Below, one piece after another: positions 1-11,359 of a stretch of 64,000 bases of DNA (positions are counted from its first letter, which is position 1; the number at the start of each line of letters is the position of its first letter). The translations under genes were made by a program, and so were the position numbers. A model generated the notes under the pieces. It was not told the origin of the DNA. It saw only the letters and a list, made by a program, of their open reading frames with translations, and did not search any database. The stretch is from Hydrolagus colliei. Taxonomy: Eukaryota. Location of the stretch: the NCBI GenBank assembly GCA_035084275.1, contig CM068756.1:8184001-8248000 (forward strand). The letters are read 5' to 3'.

Positions 1-2731
1 TGCTGTCTCTCTTCACAGCTTGGTGACTTTGACCTACGACTATCTGCGATGCTGTTGGTTGGGGAAGGGGCCTGCATGGAAGAGGTAGATTCTGAAATAG
101 CAGGACTTCCAACGCTCTGGCTCTCCATATCCCCTACCAATGAAAAAGAGTCATTAGTCATATGGTCTCCGTCAGCCGATCCATTCTCACCTGACTTGAG
201 GCTTGCTTGAAGCTGCTCAACAAGTCCAGTGTTTATCATTTTCATTTGATTTTCAAGAGCTGCAATGCTGGACATTTCCAGTGGCAATGGTGAAGGGCAC
301 AGACTACCTCGACACACCTCTGCAGATTTGGGTGTGTCTGGCACACTACTGTCGGGACAGTCTTCCATGTTCTCGTCTGAATAGTCATCGATATCATCGA
401 TATTTTTGTCTTCAAATGAAGCCGTGTCAGATTCCATAGACTCAGGGTAGTTGTCCACAATGGGAGTATTGGGAATCTGGCCTCCCATATGCATTCGTAT
501 GTGCTGTTGCAGCACAACAGCATTTGTGAATTTCTTCTGGCAAATTGGGCAAGAGTGTTGAACTCTGAGAGGTGGCATGGCACGATGAACACCATAATGG
601 GTCTTCAGGTTTCCCTTAGTGGTGAACGCACGGCCACAGACTTTACATTTAAAGGGCCTCTCGCCTGTATGTGTTCGGTAATGCATCTTCAGTGCACTAT
701 GGCAACTAAGAACTCGATGGCAAATAACACATTGGTTAGGATCAGTCATCTTCTTGTCAATATTTTCTACTAGCTGTTGCAGTTTGGAAGTTTCTGAAGC
801 CTGCAAAGAATCCAAGAGTCCTCCGAATGGAAATTTTGACTTAAACGGGTCTGACATCAGTGGTATAAGAGGGCTTGTAAAAGCAGAAGTACTACTTAGG
901 CCTGAATCAGATGCACTTGAGCTGACAGGGACAGCCAAGCTGGTGACAGAATTAATTGATTGTGTGTTTTCATCTACTTTACCATTTGAGGTAGGTGAAG
1001 CACTTTCTTCCACTTCATCTAGAAGATCATTTTTTACGGAAGGATCTGTTGCTCCCAAGTCACTCTTAACTGAGCCAGGAGGGCTGCCCGAAAACGGATT
1101 AACTGAGATAGACTGACTCTCCTCTGATTTGATAAGAGCAGACAAACCTGATATAGTCGATGGGAGTGGCAGGCCAACGGATGTGGTCAACGTAGGCAAT
1201 ACAGGCTTACTATCCAGCCAACTCATTACAGGTTTCTCAGGTGGTATAGACATTCCATAGGGAATACCTGTACTTGTTGGAACATTATCCAAATGTTCTG
1301 GGACTGGATAGGGGTTCATCTGAATGTGGGGGTACTTCTCCTTATGCCTCTGAAAGTGAACTTTCAAATTTCCTTTTGTAGAGAATCGGTTACCACATAT
1401 GTTACATTTGAAAGGTCTCTCTCCAGTGTGGGAACGCAAATGTATCTGCAAGGCACTGTCACTTCCAAACACTTTAGCACAGAACCTGCACTTGTGTTTA
1501 AAGAAAGCCTCGTCAGAGCTGCTTTTAGTTTCAAACACTACCACGTTCGGTGGCTTGCCTTTCCGTTGATTCGCCAGGGCAGTCAGAGAGCCAAGGTTTC
1601 CTGAAATTGTTTCAATGTTCGACAGAGGGTTGGAAAACACAGAAGTGGAGGTGGAGGACTGAGGTAGCAGTGAGCTGGACAAACTGGATGCAGGACTTAG
1701 TAAATTGCTAATTCCAAGAGCTGGTATGGATGCTGTAGTTACTGAAGGACTGATTAACTGAGACCCATTGATGGTATTTGCAGACATATTTTCAGAGGGC
1801 TGGATGGTACTGGACAGCGAGGATGTATTTAATTTTGGAGGAGATGTACTGCCAGGCTGAGCTGCGGTGGTTCCAGGGCTGCTCTGAGGTAGATGGAGTT
1901 GCTTCCCACCACTAATGTTGGCAGATTGGCTGGCAAGGCTCTGTGCTAGCCCAGCTGCTGCAGCAAGCTGCTGAGATAGATGTGAACTAAGTGTGGTTAA
2001 GGGGTTAACACCAGTTCCTAAAGTACCTTGGGAAGAGTTGACTGTTGATGGAATTTCTGCATTTTGGGAAGCCAATAAGATTATCTGGTGACGGATTTGT
2101 TCAATAAGCTGCAACTGGTGTATCTGCTGTTGTTGCAAAGCCAATAGTTGTTCCATGAGAGCTGGAACAGCAACTTTACTGTTTGATCCACCATTAGATC
2201 TGGTTTCCTGGGAGAACTGGGCTACTGCCACTTTCGTACTTTGAAGATTTTCAATGATCACATTACTGTTTAGCATTGAGAAGTTTCCCAGAGCTGTTAG
2301 ATCACCTATATGAGGTAGAGGTATTGTGACAGTCGCGGTATCCATTGTAGGATAATTACTGCTTGTATTACTATTGTTATTACCATTGGAACTGCTAACA
2401 TTACAGTTGTTAGTGATGCTGGAAGTGTCCACCTCCATGGATTCTTCTTGGTCAAGTTTTTTATGCTCTAATGCATTGCAGTCTACTTGACTCGCGTTAT
2501 CAATCTTGTCATTTGTTTGTTCAATGGGATTATCGGGAGGAGATCTCGGAGTGGATGTTTCTGATGGAGCTGTTGAGTTTTCATTTGCAATCAGAACAAG
2601 TTGTTTCTTAGTGCAATTCTTTTTGTGATGAAGCAAGTCAGGCAGTTCAAAGAACTCCGCACAACACCGACCACAGACGTGAGCATCCCCATTCTTAGTG
2701 ACTCGTTCCTCTTGCACTTCTCCTACAGCTC
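1..2731 (-). CDS. SALL1: Sal-like protein 1, large coding exon 2 (3' part runs beyond the window start)
   Basis: Minus-strand acceptor ttttctAG|GA at 2733-2732, phase 1. The frame reads [51 protein letters not shown]...[25 protein letters not shown]...[92 protein letters not shown]...[32 protein letters not shown] and [13 protein letters not shown] fit SALL1 better than SALL3 or SALL4. Confidence 0.95.
489..731 (-). other. SALL1: SALL1 triple C2H2 zinc-finger cluster
   Basis: [49 protein letters not shown]...[21 protein letters not shown], including the SAL box FTTKGNLK. Confidence 0.93.
1344..1490 (-). other. SALL1: SALL1 first double C2H2 zinc-finger cluster
   Basis: [49 protein letters not shown]. 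Confidence 0.95.
2064..2156 (-). other. SALL1: SALL glutamine-rich dimerisation region
   Basis: [31 protein letters not shown]. Confidence 0.92.
2613..2675 (-). other. SALL1: SALL N-terminal C2HC zinc finger
   Basis: [21 protein letters not shown]. Confidence 0.93.
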
Positions 2732-4404
2732 CTAGAAAATCAAAAAGAACATGAGTTTAGTGAATAAACTTGACACACAATCCCTCATCAAAAATGCAAC
2801 ATGAAGTACATGGAAGTGAAGAGAGGTGCAGGGGGAAAGAAAAATCAATGTTTCTACATCACAGATCATGCTTAAAATGAATATCTGTAAAGCTATGCAT
2901 GTGGTTTCCATCATTCACTAAATCTTAAGTGAACCACTTCCCTTAGACAATCCATCAAAATACAAAATTCTATGGATTAAAGTCATTGAAGCTTAATGAA
3001 ATTCCATAGAAAGTATTGATTTCCAATATTTCATACCCATCATTGTCGCCTTGTCTACTGGGTGCATAGCAAGTATTTGAAGGACTCGTTAAGAATCTCC
3101 AGCAACTGTCAACTTTCTTCATTTCTAGTAGAATAAGATAGGTCTTTGACAGTTCACTCCCTGTCACTAAACCAATTTGTAGTCACTCGGATCCCAATCA
3201 GTAGGTGACAGGAAAAACAGAGACCGTGTAACCTGACAGTAGTCGGGGGAAATGGGTGGTGGGATCGAACTTGTAGCATTGTCACTACCTAATCTTTCAG
3301 ATCTCAAAACACCGAGAGTTTCAAAGTTGTGATTTTGTTTTACATAAGGCAGATGGTGAGCTCTGTAATTATTCATGACACATTATGTTTTCAATATCCT
3401 GTATAACCAAAATGATGTTGCAATTCTCCTACCATCCCTCCCTCGTTCCTTCTCCTCCCCCGCGCCCACACCCCCACCACCCCCACCCCACCTCCCGAAT
3501 ATAAAGTAACAAATTCTGAAAAGGGCTATTTCTTCACCCAAATATTGCATGCCATGTTTTAAGGTTGCTTGCCAAAGCTATTTTAAAAACTCAGTACAGT
3601 TGAACTCTTAAAATAACAATAGAAAATTGTTAACCAGTTAGTTCACTGTCAGCTGAAATTCAGGGTATGTTATTGCTTATTCGGAAGGCCGAAAGATAAT
3701 ACATTTCTATTGCTGTGTTTATTTACATTGGTACCTGGCAGGCTAATCTGGGTACCAGTTCGAAGGTCCACAATGTTTGCACTGCTGTAGACCTCTGACC
3801 TTTTAAATCCAATAACACAGGTGCAAAGAGGGGACACCAACATTGCAACTAATTCACCACACTGGGTCTTTTATTGCCTGGAGACATGTAGAGAGATCAA
3901 AGGTTCTCTTTCGAACCAAACTGGGCACCACATGCATACTGCTACATTACAATGATAGGACTAGCCCTAAGATAAGACAGATTTCATATGATACAATGTT
4001 ATCCCGAGTTTATACCACTATAAAATGGATAGGCTTACAATCTAATCACTTTTCTATGCCTGAACCGATAGCAATTAATATTGATATACATTATAATAAT
4101 GCAAATGTTACATTTATAAATGAAACCATATGAACATTTTCCATGGTTTTTGTTTTTTAAGTCATAAATTATGAAATTACACTTTCAATTTTTGGCCCTT
4201 TGAACAGAAAATTTAAAAATTATAAAACTGCGTAGCAAGTCTGTTATTAAATGTTATAAATTATTTCAAGAATATTTCATAAAATTTCCGAATGAGACAA
4301 ATATTTCCAACATTTCAGTGTATAGCACACGTTCACAATGTAAGTAATTATCGATCACTTAACTTTTCTGTAATTCACTGACTCAGAAGTTGGAGAAGCA
4401 CTTG

Positions 4405-4582
4405 TAAGAACCTGAGCAGTTTCATTCCCCCATTAATATTATAACATTCAATAGTAATGCCCATCAAGTAATATTAAAATCATAATTTTGTCACTCAATC
4501 CATAATTGTTTGTGGGACACTGCTGTACGCAACTGACTGCCGCTTTTTACTCACAAATGCAAGGATTATATTATTATTATTT
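4405..4582 (+). mobile_element. Degenerate copy of the young tRNA-derived SINE, with an internal deletion
   Basis: tttgtgggacactgctgtacgcaactgactgccgc ... cacaaatgcaaggattatattattatt matches the family body and tail seen at 47995-48297. Confidence 0.75.
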
Positions 4583-4874
4583 TTGTACTGCTACACCACT
4601 GCAGGGCAGAGACAGGGAAGCTGCTCTTGTGTATCTCCAAGTGCCTAATGAGACTTGAGCCATTTAATCAGTTTCAGGAGTTGACTACCCCGGTTATAAA
4701 AAGCTAGACCATGTTGAAAAATACCCATCATTTTTTCCACAAAGTTACCACATTCAGCAAGCTGCTGGCTGCCAGTTACTGGAATAATTCTTCCCCCTTT
4801 TGCTCCCAATATCAGCTCCTACCGTAGAAATTTCCTTGAAAGAGATTTTGCATTTAATGCTAGATTAAGGGCAG

Positions 4875-5042
4875 GTTTGTCCTGGTGCTCTGTAACCATT
4901 CAGAAACTGAGATGAAATTGCTCAAACTCGTTTTAAGGAAGGCTCTGAACAGCTCGAATAAAAAGGAGCCTTCAATCTGGTTTGGATTAGAACACAGTTC
5001 CCAGAGGTGAAAGGACAGTCAGTGTGTTATCACTGTGCCACC
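4875..5042 (-). mobile_element. LF-SINE-like relic (5' part)
   Basis: The minus strand reads ggtggcacagtg...cctttcacctctgggaactgtgttctaatccaaaccag...gctgttcagagccttccttaaaacgagtttgagcaatttcatctcagtttctgaatgg, resembling the LF-SINE head and body as I recall them. Confidence 0.55.
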
Positions 5043-5120
5043 TGGTCCTCCAAGCTGATTGTACCGAGACACGACAGAAACTAAGTTAACAATCATTAAT
5101 GTCTATGGGAAATACAAACA

Positions 5121-5142
5121 AACACACACACACACACACACA
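5121..5142 (+). repeat. (CA)n microsatellite
   Basis: Direct reading. Confidence 0.9.
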
Positions 5143-8100
5143 AACTATGAAGGTAAACAAAAAGCAACATAATTTTACTAAATATAAATATCTTTTTGCA
5201 ATTTACAGAATGATACGACTGCTTTAATTTGCTCAATCAGTTATGTGATATTTTACTTGGGCAACAAACGTGTAATGAAAGTTTCTTTCCATTGTTCAGT
5301 TAATATACAACCCATATCCACCCACAAATGAATAAACAAACCTCCTTAAAGACATTTTCTTGAGTGAAAGAAAAGCTTGTTCTATGCAGTAACCTAACCA
5401 ATCTTGAGCATCAAAATGCTTCAACTAGTTCAAAGAGGCTTTGGAGGTTAATGGGTTATACAGTACTTGCCAGTGCCACAGCTTTCTGGAAAGGTCTTTG
5501 ACAAGCATCATGCAGTCTGCACAGTTGGAAATATTTGTGTTAATTTGAAACATTTAGTTGCTAAATGTGATTTATTGATAAGCAAATTGCCCTCACTCAG
5601 ACCATTTGCAGAGAAATCCTTTTACTTCCTTTCTCATTCGCACTGGTTGCTTGCATTTCTCATCAGACTGAGGATTAATTTGCAAATCAAACAAAAAATT
5701 TCAGCTTCTAAACCACTTCATCCTTTTCAAGGACAGGATGGCTCCCTATTGTTTGCTCAGCGTGAGGACAGCAACTTCTGTCTCACAATGGTGTGTGGTC
5801 ATCAGGGAAGGCCCAGAAAGCTGATCTTGTTTAATTCAGGGATTATCTGCCTGCATGTTTCCCTTTACCACTGAATTAGATAATAGAAAGTTGCCATGAC
5901 ATCAGGATCCAAGTCCATAGCAAAGCACAGGAACAATTAATTCCAGATATTGGGGAGATCATCTGAAATAATGTGGTTCAATTGCCACACCGCTAAGTCT
6001 CCATAGGGTTACATTCAGAACAATGATTGTTAATGTCACCTCTTGCAGTACATTCACTTCTATTGCTTACAAAGTTGTAATTGTGTGACCTGCTGAGCTC
6101 CAGTTTTTAAATGTTATTTTACATATTGGTATATAAAAGTCAAATCCAAAATGCACAGTTAGATCATATAAATTTTATTCACTAGGCACAATTGGAATCG
6201 TATATGAATTATTGTCTATGTATGTGGTGTGTTGTACCGGGTTTTAAATTTTAAGTTAACTATTTGTGACATAAACTTTTCAAATTAGTTTGGGTGATTA
6301 AGCCCGAAGGGAGGGAAGGAAACCAAAATACAATGGATCTAAGGAACACCAAAGTAACAAGTGAAAGATTTATCTGGCATCTGGCTCATTTTTTAAGTTT
6401 TTAAATACACAAAGCCATCTGCGCTTGAGAAAATGACATTGATATATGATGGATTTTTCTAAACTGCTTGATTCGTCTGTTACATAAATTACATACGCAC
6501 GCTTGAACTACAGCTCTTCTACCCAATGAACAGTGGTGAAAAGAAAATTTTTCCATCATTATATACTTAATAATGCCACATACAGTTTTCAAAGACATTT
6601 TACAAACAGCAATTTGAATTATTTTTGAATGCTTTGCACTTTAAAACATTCTACATCCAATCTATATGTCCCATGTAGAGAACAAATACTTTTCAACTAG
6701 ATCACATTTATCAAAACACAAAGACACTCAGAAACTTTTGCTTGGTCAGCTGTGCTTAAACAAATAATTCCCAATACAAACTAAATAACTACTGTGGGAA
6801 ATCACAAGACTCACTTCATCGGTTTTGTAACTTAGCATGAAGAAGTCTGGAAGTACAGAACCACAAGCGTAGTGGGGTTTGAAGCTATCATTAGTGATAC
6901 TGTTCAATATTAGAATATTAGTTTTGATAAGAAACCTATTCAATTGCATTTCTTAGAAATGGGCAAAAGGAGCATTAAATTATAACTGCTGGTGAATTCA
7001 CAACAATGATGGAACACGATAATCATTGAAAGAGAGAAAGCAATTTTATTCCACACCCTTTGACTTATAGATCGCAAACAAAACAGAGAAACAAAACAGA
7101 ATAATAATTTGGAAACATTGCACAATATTTTAAAAATTCTTTGGAGAAGAAATACAAGAAATTCAGTAATTCAAGTCCAAGATAAATTTTGATTAAGACC
7201 TACAAAATAATCCAAACGAACTGTGATATACTTTGTTGAGAACAATTTCCCTATTTATCAATACTAATTAATGAAAATAAATTCAGGCATATGTCTTTCA
7301 TGAATAGCTCAGTTGTGGCATGCATTTATTAAATATTCATCACCACTGACTGAATGTATACACAAGTATAGAATTTTGTTGTGTGCTTATAAAACTCTTA
7401 AAATTATGGATCGTTAAACTAAAAATCCTACAGTTGACATTCAAAATCTCTGCTGAAGGCCAATATAAGTATACTGGATACAAACAGCTAAGAACGCTCT
7501 TCCTCACATGCAAAAATACATTAATTTTGGTACCAGTTATTTAGTTTTCAAACACTGCATAAAATAAAAGCAACAGGAAAGAAGATCGCAAGGAAGTTAG
7601 GGATGAGCTGCAGGAAAAAGAAATGCCAGTGAAAGCAATTTATTTCATTTAAAGGGCAATTCTTCTGTTCTTTCTATTCCATTTCCACTATAAGTCACTC
7701 CCTGAAAAAGACAGGAAGGTATTTCCCCAAACTGACGATCATTCAATTATATCTTTGAACTAGATTTTAAAAGCATGTCAAGATACCCACGCTACACAGT
7801 CTTACAGCTGAAAATAAATTATGATATAATTCCCGCATTCAGATGAAAATATGGGTGAATGAGAATGAACACTAGATGGGGTACCAGTTGCAACAGCTAA
7901 CTGAGAGGAAAAAAACTTCAGTACTACTGTTCTACTCACACGCAAAGTATTTCTGCTTTAGGCTACATGCAAGCTTTGGCTGCATAAACATTGGCATTGT
8001 GACAAGAAACTGAATCCCTGGTGTAGGTATGGCAAAACTGTGCCGTGGGAACTAGCCGTCAATCACCTCATCAGGGGTCTGGCATTCAAGGGGAAAGGGG

Positions 8101-11100
8101 AAAGGGGTTAGTAGCTCATGTAGTACTGATAAGGTTAAACCTGAAATAAACTACTTATATCCTGCTAGGCTGCCTGTGAGACTGAATTTGAGGGTCATTT
8201 CAAAGGTACTGAAGTACATCTTGTGTTATGAACTCTGTCACCTTAGGATGGAGGGAGGCTGGCAAAGGTTAAAACAGCAGAACACTAAAGTACCTCCTAG
8301 CTCCTTCCCACTGTAAAGAACCAAACAAAATGCAGCCATTTAGCTGCAACACTGGGATAAGTACCGAAACTGACGCAAGTATCCTTACAGCAAAGGGACA
8401 GTAAAACCATTCTTTTAATGCAACTTCACATTTATTTTAATCGGGTTTGCTTTCAACGTGCACAGAGCGGCTGGCTGTAGGCAGACACACTACCAACCAG
8501 GGACAAACAAAACACTTAAAAGACATTGTGCACTTCAGCAACAGTGCCAAAAGCACTTCCAACCTATTCCCCACAACTCTCAATTTCTTAAAATTAATTG
8601 CAACAGCAAACGCTCCCCAAACAAATACACCTTATTGCTCTCAACTGAAAGAAACTGGATATTGTTCTGCATCTTTTCTGCAACATCCAACCTGACAATG
8701 TCACTGAGCAGGATAAAGAGTTATGATACACTGAAGACCTCAGTTGCCACATTACAAGCTGCGGAAATAAATCTTTGAAACCCATGATGCTGATATGGAT
8801 GCAGGACAACACAAGGCAAATACACAACCATTATATACTGTACTACACAATCTTAACGGCTGTACTTCTGTCAAAGATGCTTATGTAGTTTACAGAACAA
8901 AAGGAGCACGTTGCCAAAAGGACTAAATCCAGAGTTTCTATATATTTTTTTAAAAGTTCAAAAAACAAGTAAAAATAGCAATGTATTCGGCCACACTCCT
9001 GCAATGCTTGAACAAGGCTTCACCATCTTTTACAGCTGTAATTCTCATCTTCGAAAGACACTAAACCTAGAGTAAAGTGTGTGCCGCCTTTGCAATGAAA
9101 TTCCGATTAAGTTGAATTCTGTTTTGGTAACGTTTGGCATATCCGACCATTTATTTCTGTCCTGGACGGGGTGGTGGGGGGGGCGGGGGGGGGGAGGGGG
9201 GGCACCAACTGCCTAAAAATCACACAATTCTTTTAAAAACGCAGTCTGGTGTAAATACGGTTTTTTTTAACAAAAAAGGAACAGCTTTCTTTAAGAAATA
9301 TAATTTTTTTCAAGGAGAAAAATTAAATCAGTATTTACTCAAGCGATCCCAAGTTACACGCGATAGCCAAAGCGCTTTAAACATACACACATACACACTC
9401 ACTCACTCTCACGCATACACACAAAAAAAACACATCTAATTATCTAAGCTGTTGAGCGGTGCAGGGTTGATACGATTTACATTCGGGAAACTGAGTCCAA
9501 AAAAATATCAATTTCGGTTTCTTTTTCAAATTAAAAACTCAATTTAGCTGGCGATCATTTCAAGAAATCGTCCGCTGCACAAAAACAAATGAGGACTAAC
9601 ACAAAAAAACTGCCAGAATTCAACATGCGTTTTGGTTTTACACCTGTAGATCGATGCGATTTCCCAGCGAATCGTGCAATTTAGGTGAATCTCTCCGGGC
9701 CAAAAATACAACGATGTGCAGTAGCCCAAATGGCCAAAAAAAAACATCACCCACATCCACTTTTTCAGACGAAATGGGGGGGGGGAGAGGTGGGTTGGGG
9801 GTTGGGGGGGGGGGGGGGGAGAGGTGGGGGGGGGGGGGGAGATAGTGGAGAAGAAAATGACAAGTGGTCGGTCCGTCTGATTAAGGAATTTGAACCACTT
9901 TTGCGAAAGTAATAAAACAATTCTGCATTTGCCGAAACCACCTTTCTCCCTGGAAGTTTATATATATATATATTTGTATGTATGTATATATCAAACTATG
10001 GGAATTTTGTTAGAAAGTGAAAATACATACCCACGGTCAGGCAGGCGGTGATTTGTTTTTGCTGTTGTGATAGCTGGGTTTAATGAATAACCCTGGTTGA
10101 GTGGTGTTGGGCTGGTTTAATAGTAAATCTCTGGTTGATTCGGGAGGCTGCGTGCTCTCTTTTCACAGATCACGGTGACTCACACACATCCGAAATGGCA
10201 CGTCAGCCCCTACACATTTCCTAATAGCGCAATTTGTTGTTGTATGTGTGTGTGTGTGTGGGGGTTATTTTTGGTCGAAGGGGTGAGTGCCCGTGGGATT
10301 CACAAATGGGTCGCAAGTTATGGTCCGGAATCGTCCCTAAAAGTTATTCGGAAACCTCAATGTGAAACAAAAGGTGCTCTTCCTCAACCCCCAACCCTCC
10401 CTCCCTCACCTCCACCCACCCACCTGGTCTGTTACAAGTTACAACCAGTCTCCTCCGAATTGAACAGCGAACACAACAATATTTTGCTACTTAACTGATT
10501 TTGCAAGCCAGGTCCATCTCTCTCTCTCTCTCTCCTTTTCTCTCCCACTCTCGTGAAATTTCACCGGATAAGCATCAAAATATTTTTGCCAAACCCAGTA
10601 AAAAAACTTGTGCTCAAAATAATGCAAAGCTCATTTCACGATGAATGAGATCAAACTTCACATCGACTACTTTTTTTTTTTGGGGGGGGGGGGGGCGTGG
10701 GGGAAGCACGACTGCGTAAACCTAAGTGCTTCACAAACAATTAACTGCGTCAAAGATAGATTTTTTTAAAAAGGTTTCCCCCCCCCACACCCCCTCAGGG
10801 AAAGGAAAGAAACGTTAGTACTGCAAGAGATTGGACCCTCCCACCCCCACTAAAAAAAATAGGGAACATGTCGGAACATTCATTCTCGCACAAACTACCA
10901 AGGATTCTGCGAATAAAATATAATAAAACTGACCCCCATGATCCACTAAACCCCCAGAGAAACAACGGTGCTTCACGTCTCCCAAATCTTTTCCCCCCAA
11001 GGTGTCAATTGACCGAAGCTTAAAGGGTAAATATCCCATTATATAATATTTTGGGGGGTTTTGTTTATCGCTTCCCTTGTTTTTAAGTATAATCATTTTT

Positions 11101-11159
11101 TTTAAAAAAAAACTCCCGTTGTAATCAGGCTTGTCTTTTTATCTTTTTAATCCACCCAA

Positions 11160-11359
11160 NNNNNNNNNNNNNNNNNNNNNNNNNNNNNNNNNNNNNNNNN
11201 NNNNNNNNNNNNNNNNNNNNNNNNNNNNNNNNNNNNNNNNNNNNNNNNNNNNNNNNNNNNNNNNNNNNNNNNNNNNNNNNNNNNNNNNNNNNNNNNNNNN
11301 NNNNNNNNNNNNNNNNNNNNNNNNNNNNNNNNNNNNNNNNNNNNNNNNNNNNNNNNNNN
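11160..11359. other. Assembly gap (200 N)
   Basis: Run of exactly 200 N, followed by a G-run. Confidence 0.99.

Larger units (their letters stand above)
2732..11159 (-). other. SALL1: SALL1 intron 1 (5' boundary not visible, presumed in or near the gap)
   Basis: Polypyrimidine tract plus AG acceptor at 2732-2750 on the minus strand. No coding exon found upstream before the gap. Confidence 0.65.

Noticed and set aside
203-1604. ORF-track entries at 203-439, 242-595, 489-773, 754-1116 and 1293-1604
   Set aside because: They are antisense or off-frame shadows of the SALL1 exon 2 reading frame and show no independent protein features.
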